Source: Klebsormidium nitens
Taxonomy: Eukaryota; Plantae; Klebsormidiophyceae
NCBI GenBank assembly: GCA_000708835.1
Contig: DF237111.1
Location: 100,576 to 164,575 of the forward strand
Direction: 5' to 3'
DNA length: 64,000 nucleotides
The translations under genes were made by a program, and so were the position numbers. This document shows positions 1 through 11,800 of the stretch, in pieces (within the stretch, counting starts at the first letter, position 1; each line of letters begins with the position of its first letter). The notes under the pieces are model-generated. The model had not been told where the DNA came from. It was given only the letters and a program-made list of their open reading frames with translations, and made no database searches.

Positions 1-32
1 GAGTAGATGAGAAGCAGAGTAGATGAGAAGCA
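1..32. repeat. 16-bp direct tandem repeat x2 (gagtagatgagaagca)
   Basis: Two exact adjacent copies at 1-16 and 17-32; may continue off the window edge. Confidence 0.8.
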
Positions 33-410
33 GACAAGCGACATCAGTCAGAGTGTGATAAGAGGACTGCTTTCTGGATGAAAGGTCGACTTTCAGAAAT
101 CTCTGGTTTTTTTGGCACAAGTTGCCTTTGCTAAACTACTAAACTGCCCGTTTGACTTTACTAGACTACGAAACTGCCCGTTTGAACTCTCACTTCGAAC
201 ATTGCTTTGTGTTGTCACAATCGCTTTTTCTGGTGCCCTCGTGGCAATGACGTGTCGTACAGGTCCTCAAGCCTTCTGCGACTGCAGTGGCCTCTCTATG
301 TTTTGCTTTGCTGCTGTCATTCTTTGACTTCTTTAAACAACTTTTGAAGTATAATCAATCAAGTTTTTTGAGACTCGCGACTGACGCTACTGCCCCTTGT
401 CCAAACACAG

Positions 411-477
411 GAGATGCAGGAGTTGGTTGACTTTTGTGGCGAGCACAGTATCGCGTGCAAGATTGAGAAATTGAAAT
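411..477 (+). repeat. Degenerate intronic copy of the splice acceptor and start of the CAD terminal exon
   Basis: ctgac...acacag|gag atg cag gag ttg gtt gac ttt tgt ggc gag cac agt atc gcg tgc aag att gag aaa (EMQELVDFCGEHSIACKIEK) versus the real exon at 537 ([20 protein letters not shown]). Confidence 0.8.
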
Positions 478-536
478 GGGGAAATACTCTTAAACCCAAA
501 TGTCACTGACGTCACTGCTCCTCTTTTTAAAAACAG

Positions 537-719
537 GAGACGCAGGAGATGCTCGACTTCTGCGGCGAGCACAACATCACGTGCAAAATCGAGAAGGTTC
601 CCATGGAGTATGTCAACACCGCCATGGACCGTCTCGTCAAGAATGACGTGAAGTACCGTTTCGTCCTCGACGTGGCTAAGACGCTGGGCAAGGCCGTGGA
701 GAGCAGCAAGGAGGAGTGA
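537..719 (+). CDS. CAD: Terminal exon of a cinnamyl/mannitol alcohol dehydrogenase (MDR family); upstream exons lie outside the window
   Basis: Acceptor aaaaacag| at 536, then [46 protein letters not shown]...*, matching the characteristic CAD C-terminus. Confidence 0.85.
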   Translation, partial: ETQEMLDFCGEHNITCKIEKVPMEYVNTAMDRLVKNDVKYRFVLDVAKTLGKAVESSKEE

Positions 720-2969
720 ACGGTTTGAGAGTCTGACTGGTGATATGCTCGCGCAGAACAAATATTTTGGAAGGTTTTGAGGTGAAGTTGGTAGGTGGAA
801 TTCAATATTGGTGGGTTTGAAGAGGTCGAGATGTGAAGACGGACGGTGGACGTGAAAGGCGATCAGAGGAGATCAGAGGAGATTGTTCTGAGTCAAATTC
901 TGTATAGAAGCGCCGCAAAATATAATGGTTAGTCAGCAAGTAATGGCATGCATTGTTGTGGAGGAGGTTAGCTAGATAAATGACTTTCAAAAATGGACGG
1001 TAGAACGTTATGACCTGTCAAATTATGATTCCAAAGTTTGATTAGTATCTGGGATATTTGTCCGATGTAATCATGGAGAGCAGTAATCCACTTGTGCTCT
1101 CGATTTGAGTTTCATGCACTTATGTTCATGTATCTTTTCCGGCCCACCTCAAGCTAACTAGCATGAAACTTGATTGATTGTTTTGCGGACCTTGGCGTGC
1201 GGAAGGAGATTATCCTGAGACACAATTCCAAAGAGAAATGAACGTACATCTGGTGGAAACTGTAGGCAGCTAGCTTTTCTTGCGTAACAGACCGTAAATT
1301 CATCATGCTTTGTACGAGGGCATACATACTGCTTAATCCATATACGCTATATACTCGGTTAAGAAATTGATAACTTGATCATGTGTGGTTGCATGCCCTG
1401 GCACATGTGCATGCAGGGGCCGGCCATCCGCCAAACTTCAGAAAGTACAGTATGTACGCGCACGATGCGGCACCAATGTTCTGTACTAGCAGCAGAACCC
1501 TTCAATGATAGTTCATAGGTTAGTACCAATTGGAGTCGTTTCTGGCGACAGCTGAGAAGCATTTGGAATAATTTTCCTGACGTACATACATCAAATCATG
1601 CGGCATTACCATATGTCATGCATCGAATGTAATCTAAGGAGAACCGTCGCATCGATCAACAATGCCAAGTACATAGCTCGGCCAATAACAACGCCCGAGG
1701 ATCCACTAGCTATGTGTCCGCAGGAGCTTGGAAACGACACGCTGCCACGTCAATAATAGGCCGCCGAACACAGAGGGTGGTGCTGTAAACCGAGTTCGAC
1801 CAGCGCAAAATCCAAGATGCGCGCATGCAGAGAAAATAGTATCGTACCAGCAGCCAACTTCAAAATGCGACTGTTGTACCTGACCGAGTTGTCCGCCTTG
1901 GAGCTTTTCTTGAGAAATAACAGAACGGCAGAACCCTGCTCAGCCTGTCACGTCGGAGTAGTCACTTCGGCCGCTTTTCTTGAACCCGAAGTCCAGAAAT
2001 CAGAGGCGTCTCGCCCTCTGCATCGTCAACCATCAATTGTTCAGCTTCGATGATGAATTTCTGAACAGCATTTTCTAGAAGTGTTTTGCAGACGTATGGT
2101 TTTGGTGGGTGAGTATCACAGGTTGACGTACATCAAAGAGCAGTCTTCATCGACAACTGCACCACGAGTAGCACTCAGCAACTCCAAATCTCCCGCAAAA
2201 AGCACTCCGTTTATCCATACCCTACCGCAAATTGCACTCCGTACATCCAACTCGGAAAGAGTAGTAGGCACAAATCAGGCGCAGCGCTGGAGCCCGAGCT
2301 ATTTTGTCCGCGTGGCCCGCGTGGACGCAGGCGACGATGGGGACGCCTTTGAAGCTTGGCAGCTTTCACCAAAGGGGCAAAGCCAGATTACAGCAGCACA
2401 CACACCAGCAGACTCGCTCTCCTCAATGAATGAGTGTTGAACCGACGGAATATGAAATCCTGACTCGCTTCTCCCTCTTGGTACTTTTACCGCCTCCAAG
2501 TCTACTTTCAACAGACGAAACGAGAAGCGGCGTCGCAATCACAAGGCCGTCAATGAGCTGAACGTGCATCACCCGGCCAGAGATGACTGCACGGCTTCAA
2601 GGCCCGTCCAAGAAGACAGGAACTTCCACTTGAAGCCAATCTCAGATTACATCAAAATCCGACAAGACCGCGGCTTGGGCAAGTTCCCAACTCACCGGAC
2701 AGCAAAATGGCCACCGTCCAACCGACGGACCGTCCGATATCCGCCGAAGGGACCGATCGTCGGGTACCCTTCATCGCTGCACGTGCCAATCCCGGACACG
2801 TGTCCAGCCGCGAGCGTTCGGATGTCCGCCGCTCAGCAGCACTCCATCGTCCGATTCCGGCACCGCGATTACTGGGCATCAAAAACCTTGGCTAGGAAGG
2901 AGTCTCAGGTTTCGGAATAAACCCAAGTGATAGGACGACCGCCTATAAGACGCTTGACTCATTGACCCG

Positions 2970-5900
2970 TCATTTCCTCTCGTCCCGCAACTCGATCGCC
3001 GGACACATTGTCAACCACTCCCGGACGCTCTCGCTAGAAGCGACCAGCAGCCCCTCGTTTGCCGGGCTCGTTTCGAACGGCGCACCCATTTTTTCCAACA
3101 CCCCCCCGACCGCCGCCTGCACGGCCGACACCCCCGCGGGGCGCCCCCCCACGAGCGAGTGCTTCCCCCACCCCGTGACAATCTCGACCACCGCAGGGGG
3201 ATCCCCCGCAGCCTCGTCGAAGTCAGCACCAAGTATTGCATCGCCTCTGACGTCAGCCTGACGCTCCCGCAGCCAGCTCAGCAGGAGCGCGCACGCGCCG
3301 CCCTCGGAGAGCCGGTGCAGGTCGAGCCGCCGGGATCGCGCCACGTGGACGGGATCCGACGGTCGGATGGGGCCCCCATGCGGCGCCCGGTTGAGCTCCA
3401 GGGTGAGGACGGTACGTACCAGGGTCGCGGCCCGGGCCCTTAGTCCTCGGAAGCACAGCGCGTCGGCGGTGCGCCCCAGGAGAACCAACAGGAGGCTTGA
3501 GTCGTCGGGCTCGACTGCTTGCACAAGCCGGACGAAGCGGTCGGTAGCCTGCACCGCCCACTCTTCGTCCGGGTCCAAGCTTCCCCTCACTATGTCATTT
3601 TTTGCCCGGTTGGCATCCTCAAGCACACGCCAGGGCGACCGCGGCTCCGCTGAGAGGAGTTCAGAGGCGGCTTGGAAGAGCTGGCCGTCGATGCGGCCGA
3701 GAAGTGAAACGAGCGGTTGGATTTGCTGCCACGTGTCGGCCTGGCTAATGAGGATGAGCAGGCTGACGAGCGCGGCAGTCGGGAGAGAGCCGGACGTCCG
3801 GTGCAGGTCTCGAAGAGTTTTGGACAGGCTCTCAAGATCCGGATCCTGCAAGAATAGAAGTGCTGTCTGAGGAGTGCGAATACGAACTTCGGCTAGTCCT
3901 TTGGTCGCGCTTAGAAGTGGCACGAAAGAGATGTCAGAATGGACGTTTGGAGGAAGATAACGAGAACGAGCGAAACGGATACGGCAGAGGCACACATGGT
4001 AATGGCCCCCGGTACTTCGGACAGATGCTCGGCACTCCAGCATCTGCGGATCGAAACGGACTGTAACTCAGAGACGAGATCGAAAGACCGGGTCTGATGT
4101 CCGGCATGCCGATGTCAGCATCGTAATGACTCTCAGTATAAACAACCAGGAAGCCTCGAGCTGCTTTACATCGTGGCCAGCGGATCGAAGAGGGCAATTA
4201 AGATCAGCAAGCGAAGGTGGACTGACTCTCCCAGTGAATACAGGACATCCAGAAGCGTTTAGCAAAGCAGAAAGTGGAATGCACTCGCTCGAAGGGTCAG
4301 CCGACGGAGCGAGGATTGGACTTTTGTCACAGTCACACTCGGCCCGATGCTAAATTCACGCTCCGGGGTTGGCTTACACCGAACGAGACTTCCGTACCTC
4401 GAGCTGCTTACCTGATCCGGAACGTTCACGTGCGCCCTGATGACGTGATGCCACATCCGGCCCGGCACTTCTCCGCCCCCTTCCCGAATCGTCTTCAGAA
4501 GCACCAGAAGTTCTCCCACGCGCCCCCCCCTGGCGAGCGCCCGTGCCACGTGGTCGTTTGCCGCGACACCAGGTGTCAGCCCCTCGTTCAGCATCGCCGC
4601 GAGGGCGTCCGCCATTTTGCCGTAGTCGAGCTCGGCGGCATATGCCGCGATCAGGAGCTGGTGCATCCGTCGCGTCAGCACCAACCCCTCGTTACGCATT
4701 TGGGCGATAACGGTCTCGCAAGCTTCAACCATTGCCGCCGGTGCAAAGTTCTCGAGCGCCTCCCGGTGGACCAAAATGCGTTCCCCGGGGACCGAACGCG
4801 CCTCGAGGAAAGCGGCGTAGATTCTCTGGGCAGTGTTGGCACGCCCCTCCTGCTTGCAGACCTGCAGCAAAACGCTGTACGTCGTGCAGTCTGACTCGGC
4901 CCCCGCGGCCCGCATCTTCTTCACAACGGGTTTCATTTGGGCGAAGGTTCCCTCCCCCTTCCGTAACCCGCTCAGGAGGGCGTTCCAGGTTATTGTCGTT
5001 CTCTCTAACCCCTGGGTTAGCATCTCGGTTAGGGTGGCCTCCGCCCGGGGAATGTCTCTGACCACTCCGCAAGCAAACACGAGGCTCGTGTAGTGCTTCG
5101 CATCAGGCATAATCCCAAACGCCCGCATCTCGTCAAATAGCTTATGGGCCACGGCCAGGTTCTTCTCTTGCGCGCACGCCCGCAGAAGGGGGTGATAGAC
5201 CGTTTTGGGGGGGCGGATCCGGGCCTCAGCAAACCCCCAATAAACCTCCAAAAGCTGCCCGAGCGACGCTCCCCCTCGGACGCACGCCTGAAACAGGGTT
5301 AAATAACTGCCGCCGTCCGGTTTCACCCCGTGGTCCGGAAATCGTCCGAACAGCTCCAGGGCCCTTGCCACGTGTTCCCCCCCAGCGTAGACTTCGACGA
5401 GAGCGGTTAGTGTAACCAGGTTGTGCCGGACCCTGGACGCGAGCATGCTTTGGACTAAACCGTCCGCAATCTCGATCGCCGTTCTGGTTCCGCCTTCCCC
5501 GCTTCGAAATGGCGCCCCATCTCTTCCATCTGAACGGTCGGCTGCATGCTTCGGAATCCGGCCGCCCTGCCCGCGTGCCAACTTCAAATCCGCTTCCTTC
5601 GTTGGACCCGACTCTGTTTGAAAGTCAGGAAGACCCACAAACGGATCGAACCCCGGGTTACCACCTTCATCAGGGCCTAAAGTTTCTTCCACGTCGAAAC
5701 CGAGGTTTTTCTTTAACGCCAACCCGCTTTCAAACTCCGGGTCAGCAACCAGGTTCGGATTCAAACCTGGGTCAGAATCTAGGTTAGCTCCAGGGTCAGA
5801 CGCCAAACCCGGGTCCCAGCGGGCGCACCCCTGGAGCAGGTACGTGTACGTCCATTGCCCCGGTTTGCACCCAGATGACGTCATCTGGGCGAAGACCTCC

Positions 5901-8043
5901 AGAGCGGTTGGAAGATCTCCTTGCTGACAGTGCGCGGAAATGACGCCATTGAAGAGTTGCTCCGGGGGGGTGATGCCGTGCCGAAGTGCTTGGTCGTAGA
6001 GGGCGATCAGAGGGGCTGCTTGGCCTGCGGCTTGAAGCGTCATTGCCTAGGGGGGAGAAAGCTGGGAAATCGTTAGGTTAGGAATTTAAGAGCATATGCC
6101 AAGGCAGGCCGGATTTCTTGAGGAGTCACCTTCACAGTTGGATGCTTGAAGGCTGTCACCATCGGAATTCGAAAAGTCAGGAAAGTGTCAACCACGTAGC
6201 TAGATCTTGTACCTAACAATCAAAGAGAACTTATTGAAAGTTTGTGAAGTCAGGGGCTTCAGGTAACTGCAACCTGCAGATACAGCATGGGCTTGAAAGC
6301 TTTGAACAAAAGGACTGGACCAGCGCAATCCGGAAAGACAGCACTTGCATGGACTCGAAATGAGAAGTCGGAGTGAACTTGCATCCGATCTGACTCTCGG
6401 AATTGTGTCTCTTGGAGTATAGATTAAAGAGGAAGTTGGGCGTACTTCGTTCTCCTGCTGTCCGGAAATTGACGTTCATTCGAATCGAGAAAATGGAAGA
6501 TCGAGAAGAATCATAGGTGCTCGGCAGCGAAATCGAACCGAGCCGAGCCAGATCAATCAGCTCCGATCCCTTGACTACTCTTGCACTGGACTAAGAAACA
6601 GCGTTCCTAAGCTTCATCATAATGAGCAGAGCTGATCACCATCAACCAGAGCAGAATCCCAGTCGATCACACAAGGTAATAACTCCATTGACAGAAACCG
6701 ATCAAGCGCATCGATGGCCAGATTTTGAAGCTTTCCAAGAATGATGAATCAAAACATAAGCACACCATAAACATCCGAAGAAAGTCGATGCCAATAAATG
6801 GGAAACGTCTCCAACTATCCAAGACCACATGCCCAACCAGCCATATGATAAAAAGCCATGGTATTCCGCTGCAAATCATGTAGGAGCGAAATTGTTTAGA
6901 GTGCGGTTCACACAGCAGACCACTGACCATCTGAGCGTAAGTGAAGGCGTTGGGCTTGATTCTCAGGTTCTCCTGCGCCCAGTAAAAGACGTTCAGCGCA
7001 ACCGCCCAGTGGCCGCGCTCCCCAAGATCCTTTAGGACGTCCTGCCACCTGTAAAGGCTGAGCGAGCCCCCTAGAGCTTCTAGCGTCCGTGCCAGGGCGG
7101 CTTTCTTCTCCTCACCCGCTGTCTCGAAACCTGCCCCACTTTCCGAAGATGCGCTGTTCTCGTCTGCCGTTGGAACTGGACCCTTTCCTGACTCCACCTC
7201 TTGCAAGTGAAGCCCAGGTGATAACCCCCAACAAGAAAGAAGCCCACTTTCTGGAGCCCCGTTCACACCCATCTGCCCGCCTGCAGTTCTCCCCTCCTCC
7301 CCACCACAGGCCGTTGAATCCAACCCTTCTTCCGGTGCATCCGTCTCGACAGCTGTCAGCACGCTGGCTTGTTTATCCAACCCTTGTGACGCCAGAATAG
7401 CTTCTACAGCCCTCCTTGCCAGGCGAGCATCGTCTCTCCATTCCTTCTGATTGTCACCGCCCCCTCCCCTCTGAAACTGCCGCTTGTCAGGACGGCGCCC
7501 ACGTTCTGAGTGGGGGGCCACGCAGGCTGGAATTTCTTCCCCCCTCTCGCGGTCAAGTTCAAGGAGCTGCTGCCTTGCACTCACTCTCCTGGCGAGGCGG
7601 ACTTTCGCTTCCCCTCCGTGCATTCCTGACAGCTCTAGTGCAAGTCTCTGCTGTGTCGTGTAATTGGAAGAACTGGCCTTCCCATCTTTCGAAACGGCTC
7701 GTCTCTTCTGCGCGGTGGCGGGTCTACTTTTGGACCCAGAATCCATAGCCCAGGGAAGGGCAGAGTCACCGTTCATCGATTGTTTTTGCGCTCCATTCAG
7801 AGCCTCCTCTTCTGACCTTGATTCTGGACCAGAAGTCTTCAGGGCGACTGCTGCTTGCACCTCTCTAACTCCACTTCTGCCAACCTTAGTGGCAGCTTGC
7901 TCATAAGCCCGAGCACCAGAAAGCGTCATTGGGTTCGGAACTGCCACCGATGCTGGGGGTGGTTGAGGCGCGCGACACATGCCAAGTGCCATTCCTTCCG
8001 CCCTGCTGGCCGCAATGGCACGATTTCTTGCGAGCGCCTTCAT
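2970..8043 (-). CDS. PPR protein with C-terminal SMR domain (GUN1-like SMR motif), 4 exons
   Basis: Exons 8043-6928, 6046-4412, 4043-3996 (putative) and 3845-2970, all phase 0 with GT-AG. Many 35-aa PPR motifs (e.g. PDAKHYTSLVFACG, RTTITWNALLSGL). SMR motifs LDLHRLSEGGACALLLSWL and EIVTGWGKHS...MGAPF...NEG...VREWL. Confidence 0.88.
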
Positions 8044-8897
8044 TGTCTACCCCAACGATCATCGGTGTTTCTAGGCTTTGATGAGCACATGAGGTCTTAA
8101 CAAGAGCTACCGCCAGCTCTTCTGGGTCTGAAATGCAAAATTCTTTCAAAAGCAAAGGTGGCGATCCAGTAGCGCGAAACAACTACTATTTTGGTCAGTG
8201 CCCCGAACAGCTGTCAGGGCGTTGCATATGCAGTCCGAGGCGAAACAGGGATCTCAAGACTTTCTCCAGAGCTATATCGCAGCATCACTACCACCAGTTG
8301 GCTATCAAGGTGTAAAGCGGCGCCACAATTTGCCACCATCCGGAAATGAAGTGACGCCCCCTGATCCCCCCACAAGCAAAAGGACGCTTTGTAACTAGGC
8401 TGGCATGAAAGCTGGCAAGAAGGGCCGGCGGAAGTGAAATGTGATTCTTATGACAGCGTTACCGAACGGTAACGGAGCAGTTTCCTTGCTCGCAAGGGGT
8501 CTCCAGCTTCGAATGCAAGTTCAACTTCGTGGATGACCAGAAATTTGGACCGACTCAAAATTGTCTGGCAGGCTCGCCTTGGTGTTCATTTCTCAAGCGC
8601 TCTGCCATTGTGGTGGTACGGTGTTGTACACAAGGATACTAGAAATCTGTAACTGATTGGGTTTGCCATTGAGTGAGTCCAGAGGAGCAAGTCAGAGCAT
8701 CTTCTTGTGTCCACCTGCCCGCATCCTTTGTCAACAGCATTGATTGCCTCTTAATCAATAAAGTTTTCATCGAGCTCTGCGAAAGAAACCCTGCCATACT
8801 TGGTCAGGAGTCTTTTTTTCACTGTTGCACGAGGGACCCGCTCACCGTTAGATCCGCATAAGCCATTGTCCCGGTTATTAAAGGCACCCTCGTAGCA

Positions 8898-11800
8898 ATG
8901 GACACAGAAAAGAAAAAGAAAAAGAAGGCGGCGGCCGCGGCGCAGGAGGCCGCCGGCGCATCGACCAAGCTGCCACAGCATTTGCAGGACCAGAAGACGA
9001 GGGTCTTCTGCGCAAGCGATGCGCCAACTTATGTGAGTTAGTCGATATTATATCGTTCGGTTCAATGTTGGGGAAATCGCTGGATTTATTGAACATTATC
9101 AGGCCAATTGTAGCCAGAAGTATCTAAAAAGAGATGCTCGATCAGTTGAGCTTGGTGGTTGTAGCAGTGGTTACATACCACTCATTCATCGCAGGACATA
9201 ACATTGAACGTTTCCTTTTCCGAGAGAGTGGGCGAGTGGGCCGCTTTGAAGTGCTGGGTGGATGATCCTGTGGCCCATTAATCAAGTCCTAAGCGCCGAA
9301 AGCATTGGTGCATTCTTATCGGGTTAACCGTTAAGAATAGCCCATTTCGTGGGCAATCAGAAGAATGTGAAGGTGTTGAATACGTAAGCGTCACTGTGCC
9401 CCTGTTGTTGGCACTCTTCTGACTGCCAGAAAGTTCCACCTTTTTTTTTTTTCGGAGATGACGCATTCTATGGGGAGGTGGCGCCGCTGATTCATTTATG
9501 CACAATTTTTTTGAAGAGAGCTCTTTGGAAGGTATTGTTTGTAGTGGCCAACTCATGTGATGTATTGTGAGTTCCTCATATTTGCAGAGATGCAATGCTG
9601 TCATCTATCTTTGTCTACTTCAAAAGCAAAGCTTTCTGTTTCAAGCATCTGTGTCTGCCCTTACTACAGAGAGATTACTTGCGTTCCAAGCGCCTGCTCC
9701 TGGACTGTTCTGTTTGCTTGTCTGTCGTCTGTCCACAGAGATCCTCTTCTTCAATCTCTCTGCCTGCTTTCCACCAGATGGGTTCTAAGAGTTCCATCCA
9801 TAGCAACCCAGCAACCGAGTTTTCAACGACTGTTTAGGACCGAGGGGAGATGTTCCATTTTACATCAGTCGGATGCACAAATCCGCTTGCTGAAAACGAT
9901 TGTTGGCCTCACGGCCTGCAGGGATTCTTGGTCTGACATTCTTTGGAAGAAGAGAACTGTGTCATGCTGAATCTCTCTCGGATCATCTGACAGTGGTTGA
10001 ATCGTACTAGAGATTTGGCCAACGATATCTCTAACAGTCCCTGATCATTCCACTGCTCTTGTGCAGCAAAATGTGTCGTACTCTGGGGCGTACATGGCCT
10101 CGCGCATCGACGACAGTCTGAACATGGCGGACTTTGTGAAGAACTTGAAAGTGGAGATCAAGAGCCTGACGGAGGAGGAAATGGTCTTTGATATTATTGG
10201 CATCGACCCTGCGATCGCAAACGCATTCCGGCGGATTCTTATCGCCGAGGTAAGGCTGGTTTTTGTACTTGGTTAGCGGTGACTTAGCGGGTTAACGGGT
10301 GCAAAGGGGTTTTTGCTTATGCAACTTGGAAAGCAACAAAAACGTTACTTACAAAAAGAGGCAGAGATCTGGAGGGAGTTCATTGGCTTTGTGCAATAAA
10401 CTGTCATGTGGGAGAAGGCTTTGATTCCAGGAATCCATGTTGGTCGATTGCTGCGTTTGATGGGGGACTGCAGATTTGACGGAATACCAAAGCCGGCGCA
10501 GGAGACATGTGTCCTTTCAAATTCCACATAGCAGAGACTTTCCTTGTTCCATCAATGACTGTGGAAGAACCGTCCGCTCGAAATCGTTTGAACCACCTAT
10601 CATTCATCGAGTCAGCTGGCAGAGCCCTTCAATTATTTCGCTTTGTTCGCTTGTCAGTCTCGTATCCCTCCGTTTCGCTGCGATGAAACGTTGGTCGCGA
10701 GGATTTGACGCAGGCTTGATCCTGACGTCTTTCGATCCTGGCAGGTGCCGATGGTGGCGATTGAGAAGGTGTTTGAGTGGATCCGTCGACTGTCTTATGA
10801 TTGGTAGAAATCAGAAATCAACTCGATCCCCCTACCTCGCACTGCTTCAACACTGGTAACAAGCCCTTGACCGAGGTCTAGACATTGACATCGTTCACGC
10901 TCGCAGGTGCCGATTATGGCGATTGAGATGGTGTTTTGTTGTCTTACTCATCGCAGATACTGATGCTTGGAGATATCAAGCCTTGGATGATCTGATTTTC
11001 AGGGACGGTCGATTACGTTCGAGCATCTACCAACTCGACCCCGTGCTCCGCACTGGTCAAGATCGGGTTACGAGCGCTTGACCAAGGCATAACCATCCAC
11101 GTTTTAGGCACGCACAGGAGCTGACGGTAGCGGTTGAGGACTTCTTCGGTGGATCAGTATCCTCTTGTTTTCTGTATAAAAAATTTCGAACGGATTCGAA
11201 CCTCCACCTCTGCAGTAGCACAGCTGGTCAAGACTGGTTACGACAACCTGTCTGATGCTTCACCATTGACGAGGTCGTCTCCGCAGTTCCCGACGATGGC
11301 GATCGAGAAGGCGTTCGAGGGGGTTGCTTATCCCAACCTCCGATTGGTCGCGATTGCTTTTCTTCGGAGTCCCACCAAGTCAAAAAAGTGCTGGTTCTAA
11401 AACTCTTTATGAGCGCTTGACCCACGCCTAACCACCGTCATCATTCATCCCCGCAGGTGCCGACGATGGCGATTGAGAAGGTGTTCGTAGTGGACAACAC
11501 GAGCGTGGTCCAGGACGAAGTGCTCGCGCACCGGCTCGGCCTCGTGCCGCTTAAAGTCGACCCCCGCAACTTCGAGTACCGCACAGGTGGGCGCGAGGAG
11601 TTTAATTGTGGTGACGTTCTCAAAACTGTTTATTGCGTTGACGTTTTCACGGTGACGTTTTTGTGGTGACGTATCCAAGATCTGTGGTTGTGGTGACGTT
11701 CTCAAGATTCCTTATTGTGGGTGGTTCTCAAGATCCGTTACTGGGGTGTCGAGTCTAAGTAATCAGTGAAGTGCTTAGTGTTTTCCGCTAGGGCGACCTG

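Noticed and set aside
4274-5093. Long plus-strand ORFs overlapping the PPR genes (also 3367-3870, 29811-30266, 38760-39470)
   Set aside because: These are antisense shadows of GC-rich real exons.
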